A stretch of 42,303 nucleotides of DNA. It comes from Actinomycetes bacterium. Lineage in GTDB: Bacteria; Actinomycetota; UBA4738; HRBIN12. The stretch lies in the NCBI GenBank assembly GCA_031369745.1, contig JANMPG010000232.1, forward strand, positions 1-42,303, written 5' to 3'. This document shows positions 1 to 9,022 of this stretch, piece after piece. Numbering within the stretch: position 1 is the stretch's first letter; the number at the start of each line of letters is the position of its first letter. The notes beneath the pieces are model-generated. The model had not been told where the DNA came from and did not search any database. It was given only the letters and a program-made list of their open reading frames with translations. Position numbers and translations under genes: made by a program.

Positions 1-1180
1 CGGCGCCCGACACGATCAACTTGGCGAACATCGAGTCGTAGTCACCCGGGATCTCGCGGCCCTCGGTGAACCCTGAGTCGACCCGCACGAACGGTCCGCC
101 GGGCTCCTCGTAGCGGGTGATCCGGCCCGGTCCCGGCAGGAAGTTGCGGGTTGGGTACTCGGCGTTGATCCGGCACTCGATCGCGTGGCCACGCGGCGCG
201 ACCTCGAGCCCGGCGAGTGACTCGCCGAGCGCGACGCGGATCTGCAGCGCCACCACGTCGAGCCCGGTCACCATCTCGGTGACCGTGTGCTCCACCTGCA
301 GCCGTGTGTTCATCTCCAGGAAATAGAACGACCCGTCCTCGTCCAGGATGCACTCGATCGTGCCGGCGTTGACGTAGTTGGCCTCGCGAACCAGCGAGGT
401 CGCGGCGTCGGCTAAGCGGGTGCGAAGCGCGTCGTCGACCAGCGGCGAGGGCGTCTCTTCGATCAGTTTCTGATGACGCCGCTGCACCGAGCAGTCACGC
501 TCGCCCAGGAACACGATGTTGCCGTGCGCATCGGCGATGATCTGCGCCTCGATGTGGTGGGCGCGGTCGACATATCGCTCCAAGAAGACTTCCGGCCGCC
601 CGAAGTAGGACTGCGCCTCGCGGGCCGCGCGCTTCAGCGAGTCCTCCAGGTGCTTCGCGTCTCGCACGACATGCATCCCCTTGCCGCCGCCGCCGAACGC
701 CGCTTTGACCAACAAGGGGTAGCCGATGCGCGGCGCCTCCTTCTTCGCGGCGTCGATGGTCACCGGCTCGCGCGTGCCCGGCACGATCGGCATGTCCGCG
801 GCGTCGGCGATCCGACGCGCCGCCACCTTGTCGCCCATGACCTCGATCGCCGACGTTGAGGGGCCGACGAACGTGAACCCTGCCTGTTCCACGGCTTGCG
901 CGAATTGTGCCCGTTCGGCGAGGAACCCATAGCCGGGGTGGATCAGCGTGGCTTTCGACTGTTTGGCGGCGTCCAAGATCGCGCCGATCGACAGGTAGGA
1001 GTCCGATGCGAGCGCGGGGCCGATCCGGTAGGCCTCGTCCGCCATCTCGACGTGCAGCGCGTCGCGGTCGGCGTCGGAATACACGGCCACGGAGGGGATG
1101 CCCATCTCCCGGCATGTGCGGATGATGCGGACGGCGATCTCACCGCGGTTGGCGATCAGGAGCTTCGGTTGCTTCGTCAC
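1..1180 (-). CDS. accC: Biotin carboxylase subunit of acetyl/propionyl-CoA carboxylase (3' end runs off the window)
   Basis: Not in the ORF track (no stop in window). Manual translation from GTG at 1180 gives MTKQPKLLIANRGEIAVRIIRTCREMGI, then IHPGYGFLAE, KAAFGGGGKGM, ERDCSVQRRHQKL, FLEMNTRLQVEH and YDSMFAKL, the canonical ATP-grasp biotin carboxylase motifs. Divergent from birA. Confidence 0.95.
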   Translation of the reverse strand, partial: MTKQPKLLIANRGEIAVRIIRTCREMGIPSVAVYSDADRDALHVEMADEAYRIGPALASDSYLSIGAILDAAKQSKATLIHPGYGFLAERAQFAQAVEQAGFTFVGPSTSAIEVMGDKVAARRIADAADMPIVPGTREPVTIDAAKKEAPRIGYPLLVKAAFGGGGKGMHVVRDAKHLEDSLKRAAREAQSYFGRPEVFLERYVDRAHHIEAQIIADAHGNIVFLGERDCSVQRRHQKLIEETPSPLVDDALRTRLADAATSLVREANYVNAGTIECILDEDGSFYFLEMNTRLQVEHTVTEMVTGLDVVALQIRVALGESLAGLEVAPRGHAIECRINAEYPTRNFLPGPGRITRYEEPGGPFVRVDSGFTEGREIPGDYDSMFAKLIVSGA

Positions 1181-1227
1181 TCGCGTATCGTGCCTTCCAT
1201 GGACGTAGCGCGTCACCGAGGTCCGAC

Positions 1228-1989
1228 GTGCTGACCCGCGAGGACCTGCTCGCTGCCCTCGCCGCGATCCCGATCGATGCCCCGGTGCGTGCCGAGGAGG
1301 TTACCGGTTCCACGAACGCGACGGCGATCGAGATGGCCGAGGCGGGTTCGGCCGAGTGGACGCTGGTATCGGCTGCGCACCAGAGCGCCGGGCGGGGTCG
1401 GCTCGGGCGCGAGTGGGCCGATGTCGCCGACACGTCGCTGCTGTTCTCCGTGGTCCTTCGCCCGGCGCTCGCGCCCGGCCGCGCGGGGTTGCTGTCGTTA
1501 CTCGCCGGCGCGTGTATGGCCGAGGCGATCCGCGAGACCGCCGGTCGACGCGTGACGTGCAAATGGCCGAACGACCTGCTGCTGCACGACGAGAAGGTCG
1601 GGGGGATCCTGCTCGAGTCGGCGATCCACGACGATGTCCTGCGGTACGTCGTGGTCGGCGTCGGGGTCAACCTGCACGTGCCCGAGGGGATACCTGGGGC
1701 CGGGGCTATCGGGGCGCGCGCCGGCTTGCGCGACCTGCTGACCGCGTTCCTGGTTCGCTTCGATGCCGTCTACGCGACGGTCGACGCGTCGCTACCCGAA
1801 CGTGTGCGACACGCCTGGTTGCCGGTGTCGGCCACGATCGGACAACCCGTGCGCGCGACTACCAGCGCCGGTCGTGAGGTCACCGGCCGCGCCGTCGGGA
1901 TCGACGACTTCGGTTCGTTGCAGCTGTCGACCGACGAAGGGGAGGTCCGGGTCGGGTTCGGCGAGATCGAGCACCTGCGACCCGCGTAG
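1228..1989 (+). CDS. birA: Biotin--[acetyl-CoA-carboxylase] ligase
   Basis: GSTN, QSAGRGRLGREW, KWPND, KVGGIL and GVGVN motifs, plus a C-terminal BPL_C-like segment; no N-terminal HTH. Confidence 0.95.
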   Translation: MLTREDLLAALAAIPIDAPVRAEEVTGSTNATAIEMAEAGSAEWTLVSAAHQSAGRGRLGREWADVADTSLLFSVVLRPALAPGRAGLLSLLAGACMAEAIRETAGRRVTCKWPNDLLLHDEKVGGILLESAIHDDVLRYVVVGVGVNLHVPEGIPGAGAIGARAGLRDLLTAFLVRFDAVYATVDASLPERVRHAWLPVSATIGQPVRATTSAGREVTGRAVGIDDFGSLQLSTDEGEVRVGFGEIEHLRPA

Positions 1990-2028
1990 AGGTTTGCTCC
2001 TCGCACGGGCGCGCGGTAGCGTCCGCCC

Positions 2029-2679
2029 ATGACATTTCCCAGGCGCTTGCTGATCCCCGACGAAGAACTCGTGCTCGACCTGCGACCCCACCCCGTGGCG
2101 CTCGCGGTGCCGGTACTCGTGGTGGTGATCGAACTCGTGGCGGCGATCTGGCTGAGCGTCACGTTCGACTTCAACTCCTTGATCTGGTGGGCGGCGTTCC
2201 TGGTGGTGTTCGTGGCGTACCCGCTGCGGCGTCTCATCTGGTGGATCACGTCGAACTTCGCCGTGACGACCGACCGGGTGATCCACCGGGAGGGCTTCAT
2301 CGCGAAGCGATCGATGGAGATCCCGCTGGAGGCGATCAACGACGTTCGCTTCGAGCAGGGGATCTGGGATCGGGTCGTGGGTGCCGGCACGCTCCGGATC
2401 TCGTCGGCGTCGGAGTTCGGCACGAACTCGTTCGATCACATCCGTCACCCCGAAGAGGTGCAAAAGACGATCTACCACCAAGGAGAGATGAACAAGAAGC
2501 GCATGTACCTGGGTGAGGCCGGTACGCCCCCCGCGCCGACGCCCGCCGCGCCTGCCGCGCCCACCGGCGTGCCGAGCGCGACGACCGAACTCGAGCGTCT
2601 CGCGAAGCTTCGCGCCGACGGCGTGCTCACCGAGGAAGAGTTTCAGGCGCAGAAGGGCAAGATCCTCGGGCAGAGCTAG
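2029..2679 (+). CDS. Membrane protein with bacterial PH (bPH_2) domain and C-terminal SHOCT domain
   Basis: Two hydrophobic segments, VTTDRVIHREGFI...EIPLEAINDVRFEQ...GAGTLRI (bPH_2), and ELERLAKLRADGVLTEEEFQAQKGKIL (SHOCT). Leaderless TAGCGT at 2017. The birA-PH gene pair is a known actinobacterial neighbourhood. Confidence 0.85.
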   Translation: MTFPRRLLIPDEELVLDLRPHPVALAVPVLVVVIELVAAIWLSVTFDFNSLIWWAAFLVVFVAYPLRRLIWWITSNFAVTTDRVIHREGFIAKRSMEIPLEAINDVRFEQGIWDRVVGAGTLRISSASEFGTNSFDHIRHPEEVQKTIYHQGEMNKKRMYLGEAGTPPAPTPAAPAAPTGVPSATTELERLAKLRADGVLTEEEFQAQKGKILGQS

Positions 2680-2707
2680 CGCCCGACGGATGGGTAGCAT
2701 CAGACCC

Positions 2708-3058
2708 GTGATCGTCGACCACATCTACTACTGGACCCGCGATCTGGACCGGGCGCTGACCTTCTACACCGAGGTGGTCGGCCTGCCCATGGTCCGCCGT
2801 GACGGCGACGAGTGGGCCGAGCTCGACGGCGGATCCGTGCGGCTTGCCCTGCACGGCACGGACGATGAGAACCCGCCCGCCAGCGGGACCGTGGTGTTGC
2901 GCGTCGACGATCTCGAAGCCACCCGCTGGACCCTCGAACAACGCGGCGCCGCGTTCGATCAGTACGTGGGCGAGGTCGAAGGCTTCGCTCGCTTCGCCAC
3001 CTTCCGCGATCCCGACGGTAATCCGGTGCAGATCATCGAGTACCTCGGTGAGCACTAG
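2708..3058 (+). CDS. VOC/glyoxalase family protein
   Basis: DHI...DLDRALTFYTEVVGL and FRDPDGNPVQIIE motifs. Start set at GTG 2708, 7 nt after TAGCAT (2695-2700). Confidence 0.85.
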   Translation: MIVDHIYYWTRDLDRALTFYTEVVGLPMVRRDGDEWAELDGGSVRLALHGTDDENPPASGTVVLRVDDLEATRWTLEQRGAAFDQYVGEVEGFARFATFRDPDGNPVQIIEYLGEH

Positions 3059-6000
3059 GGACTGCCCGCGTTGCGGGGAGCCGCTGCCGGCCGACGCGAA
3101 CTTTTGCCCCAACTGCGGGGCACCGGTGGCGTTGCCGGAGGCCTCGGAACGACGGGTGGTCAGCGTGGTGTTCGTCGACATGGCGGGCTCGACGGAACTG
3201 GCGGCGCATCTGGACGCGGAACGGTTCCGCGAGGTGCTCGCGGCTTTCCATGGGATGGTGGCAGAGGAGGCCGCGTGGTTCGGCGGCGTGGCGGAAGGGT
3301 TCATCGGCGATGCGGTCTTGGTCGTGTTCGGCATTCCCGCCGCTCGTGACGACGATGCCGTTCGCGCCATCCGTTCCGCCTTGGACATCCGAGAGCGGGC
3401 CACGCGGCTCGGCGCGGAGCTCGGGTTGCGCTCGCCGATCCAGGTTCGCATCGGTGTTCGGACGGGTCAGGTCGCGGTCGGCACAGCGCACGACCGCAAC
3501 ATCGTGATCGGCGCGGAGGTCAACCTCGGCGCGAGGTTGCAACAGGCCGCGGAGCCGGGCGAGATCCTCGTGGGCGACACGACCTATCAGCTGGCCCGAA
3601 CGGCGGTCAGCTTTGGCGAGCCGCGAGCGATCGAGGCGAAGGGCTTCGGCGATGGCGTGCGCGGGTGGCCGGTGCTCGGCGTGCTCGGACCGATCGTCGT
3701 CGATCGCCGGCGCATCTCGTTCATCGACCGCCGTCGCGAAGTTGCGCTGCTCGCCGATGTGTTCGAGCGCGCCGCCGCACGGGAGCGGGCGCACCTCGTC
3801 ACCCTGCTCGGCGAGCCGGGCATCGGCAAGTCACGGGTCGTGCGCGAGTTCCTGGCCAACCTGCCCGCCGGCACGAAGGTGCTCGTGGGCCAATCGAGCC
3901 CGTTCGAAGAGGATGTCGAATTCTGGCCCGTCGCGCAGATGGTCCACAGCGAGCTCGGCGAAGATCCGGATCGCCCTTCCGACGAGGTCGGGGATCGCCT
4001 CCGGGTCGCGGTGTCGGAGTGGGTCGATGCCGACGAGGTGGAATCGGCGGTACGCCGGCTGGGGCTCGCCCTGGGGTTCCACGACGAGGAGGGCGACGAC
4101 GCCGGCCATCAGGTCGCCGAGGTTCGGCAAGGTGTGCTGGCGATGCTTGCCGGGCTCGCGCGCAACGGCCCCGTCGTGCTGGTGTTCGAAGATCTGCACC
4201 AAGCCGACCCCTTGCTGCTCGACCTGATCGAACAACTGGTGAAGGAAGCGCGCATGGTGCCCTTGGTGGTCGTATGCGTTGCGCGGTGGGAGTTCCTGGA
4301 GGACCGGCCGAACTGGGCCGGAGGGCTGCCCGACGCCGTCACGCTGTGGGTCGAGCAGCTGCCGCCCGAGCATGCGGCTCGGCTGGCGATGGAGGCGGGA
4401 GGGCTCGACCGTACCGACGCGGAGCGGGTAGCCGCTCACGCCGGAGGGAACCCGTTGTTCATCATCGAGATCACCGGCATGCTGCATCACAGCGACGGCG
4501 ATGGCGCCGTGATGCCCGCCGGCCCGGGGGCGACCGCGCTCAAGTTGCCCGGAACCGTGCAGGCGGTGATCGCGGCGCGGATCGATCAACTGTCGCCCGA
4601 CGCGCGTGAACTCGTGCGCCGGGCCTCGGTGTTCCCGCGCGGTCGGTTCGACATCGAGGAGCTGTCGTTGATCGCCGACCCGCGCCCCGAGCTCCTGGCC
4701 GAGGCCGAGGGCGGAGAGCTGCTGCTGCCCGACGAGGAGCACGAGGGCGTGTGGCGGTTCCGCAGCGACGTGCTGCGCGACGTCGCCTACGACTCGCTGG
4801 CCAAACGCGAGCGCCAGCGCCTGCACCTGCGGGTGGCCGAGCGCCTATCGGAGCCGCCGCTCGCCGATCGCTACCCGCGCACGATCGCGTTCCACCTGGA
4901 GCAAGCGGCTCGTGCCGCGCTGGATCTGAACCCGAACGACCGGTCACTCATCGATCGGGCGGTTGACGCGCTCACCAAGGCCGGGGACGCCGCCCGGCGC
5001 AAGATCGAGTCTCGGGCCGCCGTGGACCTGTACGAGCGGGCGCTCTCTCTGACTGGCCCCGAAGAGGATTGGGCCGTGCGGGAGGCCTGGATCATCGGCA
5101 TGCTCGGCGAGGCCCGCTATTGGCTCGGCGATTTCGACGAGGCGGAGTCCCGGCTGCGCAAGGCCATGACGCTTGCCGCCGGCGACGACCGGGTCGTCTC
5201 GCACGCCGCTCGATTCCTGGCCGACATCACGCTCACGGTCCGCGGTGACGATCACCTCGCCGCCGGGTTGTTCGAGCGATCGCTCGTTGCCGCGCGGCGT
5301 CTCGGCGACCCATACGTGTTGGCGCGAACCCTGTTGATGGCCGGGTGGGTGCCGTTCTGGCGCAATCGCCTTGACGAGGCACGGCTGCTGTTCCAAGAGG
5401 CGCTCGACGTGGTGCGCGATGGTACGCGACAGGACGCGTGGGCCGAGGTGCGCTCGCTCGTCGGCCTCGCGAGCGTCGCGTCCCTTCGGGGGAGTGAACA
5501 GGACGCGCAGCGCATCGGGCTGGAGGCGCTCGCGATCGGCGAGGCGTCGGGGCAACCGTTCTCCTCGGCGGTCGCCCACCAGCTGCTGAGCGCGTCGTCG
5601 CGAAGGCTGATGCGGTTGGACGACGCCGGACGCCACGCGGATGCGGCGGTCCGGATCCTTCGGGAACTGGGCGCGCGCTGGGAGCTCGCGAGCGTGCTCG
5701 GCGATCGCGGTGCGATCCACCGCGTGGCGGGGCGATTGGATGCCGCCGAGCTCGACCTGCGCGAGGCGTTCGTCCTGTGTCGCGATCTGAAGGAGCGCGC
5801 GTTGGTCACCTGGACCGCGTCCGAGCTCGCGCGCACGCTGGCGGCCCAGGGAGACGTAGCCGGTGCACGCGGCGTGTTGTCCGACCCGCTCGCTCGCACG
5901 GCCGAGAACGAGCCCGCCGGTGCAGGTCCGCTGTTGATCGCCGAGGCGGTGACCGCGTGGGCCGAAGGGGACCGTGAGGGCGCCCGTCGCAGATCGCTGG

Positions 6001-6191
6001 CCGCCCTGGAGGTCGAGCGAGTTCCTCCGATCCTGGCCAATCCGCACGCTTCGGTCGTGTGGTGGGTGGGCTCGCTGTTCGGCGCCGAGGCTGCCGGTGG
6101 ACAGCAGGCGGTCGACGAGGCGCAAGAGACGTTGGAGCGCAACGGATGGCGACAGGCCCTGCGCGAACCCGAGCTGCTCGCGCGGACCTGA
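3048..6191 (+). CDS. Zinc-ribbon + class III nucleotidyl cyclase + STAND/AAA ATPase + TPR-like protein
   Basis: CPRCG...FCPNCG zinc ribbon; VFVDMAGST, FIGDAV and VNLGARLQ cyclase motifs; Walker A GEPGIGKS, Walker B VLVFEDLH, GGNPLF; helical C-terminus. Start moved to GTG 3048, overlapping the VOC stop. Confidence 0.9.
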   Translation: MSTRDCPRCGEPLPADANFCPNCGAPVALPEASERRVVSVVFVDMAGSTELAAHLDAERFREVLAAFHGMVAEEAAWFGGVAEGFIGDAVLVVFGIPAARDDDAVRAIRSALDIRERATRLGAELGLRSPIQVRIGVRTGQVAVGTAHDRNIVIGAEVNLGARLQQAAEPGEILVGDTTYQLARTAVSFGEPRAIEAKGFGDGVRGWPVLGVLGPIVVDRRRISFIDRRREVALLADVFERAAARERAHLVTLLGEPGIGKSRVVREFLANLPAGTKVLVGQSSPFEEDVEFWPVAQMVHSELGEDPDRPSDEVGDRLRVAVSEWVDADEVESAVRRLGLALGFHDEEGDDAGHQVAEVRQGVLAMLAGLARNGPVVLVFEDLHQADPLLLDLIEQLVKEARMVPLVVVCVARWEFLEDRPNWAGGLPDAVTLWVEQLPPEHAARLAMEAGGLDRTDAERVAAHAGGNPLFIIEITGMLHHSDGDGAVMPAGPGATALKLPGTVQAVIAARIDQLSPDARELVRRASVFPRGRFDIEELSLIADPRPELLAEAEGGELLLPDEEHEGVWRFRSDVLRDVAYDSLAKRERQRLHLRVAERLSEPPLADRYPRTIAFHLEQAARAALDLNPNDRSLIDRAVDALTKAGDAARRKIESRAAVDLYERALSLTGPEEDWAVREAWIIGMLGEARYWLGDFDEAESRLRKAMTLAAGDDRVVSHAARFLADITLTVRGDDHLAAGLFERSLVAARRLGDPYVLARTLLMAGWVPFWRNRLDEARLLFQEALDVVRDGTRQDAWAEVRSLVGLASVASLRGSEQDAQRIGLEALAIGEASGQPFSSAVAHQLLSASSRRLMRLDDAGRHADAAVRILRELGARWELASVLGDRGAIHRVAGRLDAAELDLREAFVLCRDLKERALVTWTASELARTLAAQGDVAGARGVLSDPLARTAENEPAGAGPLLIAEAVTAWAEGDREGARRRSLAALEVERVPPILANPHASVVWWVGSLFGAEAAGGQQAVDEAQETLERNGWRQALREPELLART

Positions 6192-6292
6192 TACTCCGGC
6201 GGGTCGTTGCATCCGGGCGCCCTGCAAGGGAGGCTGTCGGCTCCTGCACCGTCGAGGACTGACCCGTTGGCGGTACGGTGGTGCTCTTCCTG

Positions 6293-7495
6293 ATGACGAG
6301 ATCGGACCGATCCTTCCCCGTCGGCCCTCGCGTAGTGGCCGTTGGCGTCGCGTTCGCGGCGCTGTTGTTGTCGGTGCCCTTCGCCGGCGCCGCGCCGAGT
6401 TCAAGCGACGTGCAAAACGCGCACGAGGCCTCCATCGCCGCTGAGCAACGGCTGAACCAGATCCAGGCCGAGATCAACACGATCCAGGTGCGTTTGTCCA
6501 GCGCGATCATGAAGGTCGATCAAGCCGAGGCCGACCTCGAGCAGGTGGTCGCACAGATCGACGCAACCAAGTCGCGGATCGCTCGAGCGCAAGCCCGCTA
6601 CGACGCGATCCGCGAGCAACTGAACGCCCGAGCCGCGCAGGCGTTCATGTCGGGTCCCGGTTCTGATCTGGAGATCGTGCTCGGCGCGTCATCGCTGGAC
6701 GATCTATCCGACCGGCTGGAGTTCGTCGACGCCGTCGCGCAGTCTGATGCAGACCTCGCCCAGGAGGTCGCCAACCTGCAGGCCGCATTGCAGGTCGAGG
6801 AACAGAACCTGCGGCAGCTGCGCACGAAACAGCGCGCGCAGGTGATCGCCGTGCGGGCGCAGCGCGATTCGATCCTGAACGACCTTGCGCGCGTGAGTCA
6901 GCTCCGCGACGCGGCCGCCAAGACGGTGACCGACACGCTGGAGAAGTACCAGCGGCTCCGCAAGGATCGGGCCGACTATCTCGCGAGCCTGGCGGCACAG
7001 ACGAGCACGTCGCCGCCCCACACGTCCGTGTCGATGCCGCCCGGCTTCAACAACCCGCTCGAGGTGTGCCCGGTCGATGACCCCCGGTTGTTCGGTGATG
7101 GATTCGGAGCGCCGCGCTACGCCGGCGGGTTCCACCTGCACGCCGGTAACGACATCTTGTCGAACTACGGCACGCCGATCCGGGCCCCCTTCGACGGGGT
7201 GGCGCAGCGTGCGTACAACACGCTGGGTGGATACTCCGAGTACGTCTACGGTGCATCGGGCTACGTCTACAACGCGCACCTGGACCACTACTCGGCGAAC
7301 TCCGACGGACCTGTGCAGGCAGGGGACATCATCGGCTACGTCGGTGACACCGGGGACGCGATCGGCACCCCGCACGACCACTTCGAGTGGCATCCGAACT
7401 CCGTGCCCGCCAACTGGCCCGCGAGCTACTACGGCTACAGCGTGGTCGGCTCGGCCGTCAATCCGTATCCCGTTCTCGTCGACGTGTGCGGTTGA
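6293..7495 (+). CDS. Secreted coiled-coil (PcsB/CwlO-like) M23 family peptidoglycan endopeptidase
   Basis: Signal peptide, long coiled coil, HAGND (HxxxD) and PHDHFE (HxH) zinc motifs, GDIIGYVGDTG. Confidence 0.9.
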   Translation: MTRSDRSFPVGPRVVAVGVAFAALLLSVPFAGAAPSSSDVQNAHEASIAAEQRLNQIQAEINTIQVRLSSAIMKVDQAEADLEQVVAQIDATKSRIARAQARYDAIREQLNARAAQAFMSGPGSDLEIVLGASSLDDLSDRLEFVDAVAQSDADLAQEVANLQAALQVEEQNLRQLRTKQRAQVIAVRAQRDSILNDLARVSQLRDAAAKTVTDTLEKYQRLRKDRADYLASLAAQTSTSPPHTSVSMPPGFNNPLEVCPVDDPRLFGDGFGAPRYAGGFHLHAGNDILSNYGTPIRAPFDGVAQRAYNTLGGYSEYVYGASGYVYNAHLDHYSANSDGPVQAGDIIGYVGDTGDAIGTPHDHFEWHPNSVPANWPASYYGYSVVGSAVNPYPVLVDVCG

Positions 7496-8791
7496 GCCGG
7501 CGTGAGGCCGAGACGTTGCGGCAGCTGTGGGTGTGGCCGCGCCCGCCGGTGGTGCGAGTCCGGTGAGGGTGGCGGTTAGCACGAGCACACCGGCGATCGC
7601 CACCAGCTCGGTCGTTGCGAGGCGACGCAGCGGCCGCTGATCGGTCGTGAGACGCGGCACGCTGCGCACGCGGTTGAAGGCGCCGAGCGCGATCACGACG
7701 AGCGCAACGCCAACCTTGATCGCGAGGGTGCGTCCGTAGGGGGTCTGCAGCGTCTCGCGGACAGCCCCCAGCCCGCCGAGTTCGCTCACCGCGCGCAACA
7801 GGCCACTCACGACGACGACGGCGATCGCAGCCACTGCCATCGTGGAGAAGCGCCTGGCCTCGGCCACCGGCGGCTCGTCGCGATCTTCGCGCAGCACGAG
7901 CACCAGCAAGAGCAGGCCACCGGCCCAGCATGCGCCGGCGAGCATGTGGATCCACTGGAGGGTCTCGGCAACGAGCGGCGACGTGGCCGCTGCGGCGTGA
8001 CCCCCGTGGGCGCGCAGGGCAAGCGCGATCGCGGCCGCGGCACCCGCGCCCCAGGGTAGCCACCGCCGATCGGAGCGGGCAGCGATGAACGCGAGCGCGG
8101 CGGCAAGCTCGGCGGTTACCAGCAGCCATACCACCGGTCGCGCCGCAGCGGAGTCGAGGTAGGTCGCCCACGACGCACCGATCGAGCGCTGCTGCGAGAC
8201 AAGGAAACCAGCTGCTCCCACCACCCCCGCGACCCCGGCCGCCGGGCCGAGCCTGCGGCGCGCCTGCGGGGCACCTCGGAACAAGCCCATCCCGACCGCG
8301 GCTATCGCGACGAGGAGCATGAGCCCGGCATACATCGTCGCTTTCGATGCGACGGACAAGGGGGAGGGCGCGGACGTCGCGACGGCACCATCGCTCGGCG
8401 ACGGCAGGGTGGGCGCGTCTCCCACACCGAACGCGAACGCGCCCGTCGTCACGTGGCCGTCGTCGACCGACACGACGCGCCAGGTCACCGTGTAGACGTC
8501 GTCAGGCTTGGGTTCTGTGAGCGGCACGACCACGGTCGAATTGCCTTGCGATGCGAGGGCACCGGTCGCCGCTCGTGCGCCGCCGCTGCCCGACAGATCG
8601 ACCGACGACAGGTCGACGTCGGGTGTTTCGGAGAAGGTGAGTTGCAGAGCGGACGGCGACGTGGCGAGCGTCGCCCCCGCCGCCGGATCGGACGAAACGA
8701 GATCGGCGTGCGCGTTCGCGATCGGTGCACCGCCGACCAACACTACCGCGATGCACCCGAGGACGATCGCGGCGCGAACCGGTGCGATCAT
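6704..8791 (-). CDS. CopC-CopD copper uptake/resistance fusion; recognisable part ~7500-8791, frame stays open antisense into the M23 gene
   Basis: Signal peptide then AHADLVSSDP (His1 of mature CopC) and WRVVSVDDGHV. CopD-like TM helices with GHAAA, HMLAGACWAGGL, RRFS and TPYGRTLAIK. No in-frame stop until 6704. Confidence 0.8.
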   Translation of the reverse strand: MIAPVRAAIVLGCIAVVLVGGAPIANAHADLVSSDPAAGATLATSPSALQLTFSETPDVDLSSVDLSGSGGARAATGALASQGNSTVVVPLTEPKPDDVYTVTWRVVSVDDGHVTTGAFAFGVGDAPTLPSPSDGAVATSAPSPLSVASKATMYAGLMLLVAIAAVGMGLFRGAPQARRRLGPAAGVAGVVGAAGFLVSQQRSIGASWATYLDSAAARPVVWLLVTAELAAALAFIAARSDRRWLPWGAGAAAAIALALRAHGGHAAAATSPLVAETLQWIHMLAGACWAGGLLLLVLVLREDRDEPPVAEARRFSTMAVAAIAVVVVSGLLRAVSELGGLGAVRETLQTPYGRTLAIKVGVALVVIALGAFNRVRSVPRLTTDQRPLRRLATTELVAIAGVLVLTATLTGLAPPAGAATPTAAATSRPHAGSTAHVDENGIRIDGRADHAVAVVARGPVGGHGVRMPLEVVVRGADRVPGVTDVADDVPCLHRSVGVRRVVVQVRVVDVARCTVDVLGVSTQRVVRTLRHPVEGGPDRRAVVRQDVVTGVQVEPAGVARRSESITEQPGVIDRAHLERVVEAGRHRHGRVGRRRARLCRQAREIVGPILAEPLVLLQRVGHRLGGRVAELTHARKVVQDRIALRPHGDHLRALFRAQLPQVLFLDLQCGLQVGDLLGEVCIRLRDGVDELQPVG

Positions 8792-8888
8792 GGCGGCCTC
8801 GTTTCGAACGTGACCCCCGACATCACCCGTGGGTCGAAGGCAAGGTGATCGGCGGCGGGGGATCCCGCGGTGAGCGTGTGGGCTCGGA

Positions 8889-8972
8889 TCACGTGAGGGC
8901 GCGACGGCAGGTCGTCTCGTTCTGGACGACGCGGCGCGCGACCAACGAGCGGAACGTCGGGAGTCTGTACAT
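8889..8972 (-). CDS. Putative leaderless 27-aa upstream ORF (MYRLPTFRSLVARRVVQNETTCRRALT) ahead of copCD
   Basis: ATG 8972 lies 7 nt downstream of TACGAT (8985-8980, minus strand), the same geometry as many leaderless genes in this window. Confidence 0.35.
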   Translation of the reverse strand: MYRLPTFRSLVARRVVQNETTCRRALT

Positions 8973-9022
8973 CTCGACTATCGTACGCACCCTTCCGACA
9001 TGCGAAAGGGGGAACCAAGACC

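Noticed and set aside
6192-6292. c-di-AMP (ydaO) riboswitch upstream of the M23 peptidase
   Set aside because: The region is only ~100 nt and I could not find the conserved ydaO sequence blocks; an Rfam scan would settle it.
8889-8891. Selenocysteine recoding of the uORF TGA
   Set aside because: No convincing bacterial SECIS hairpin or redox motif context, and no sel genes in the window.
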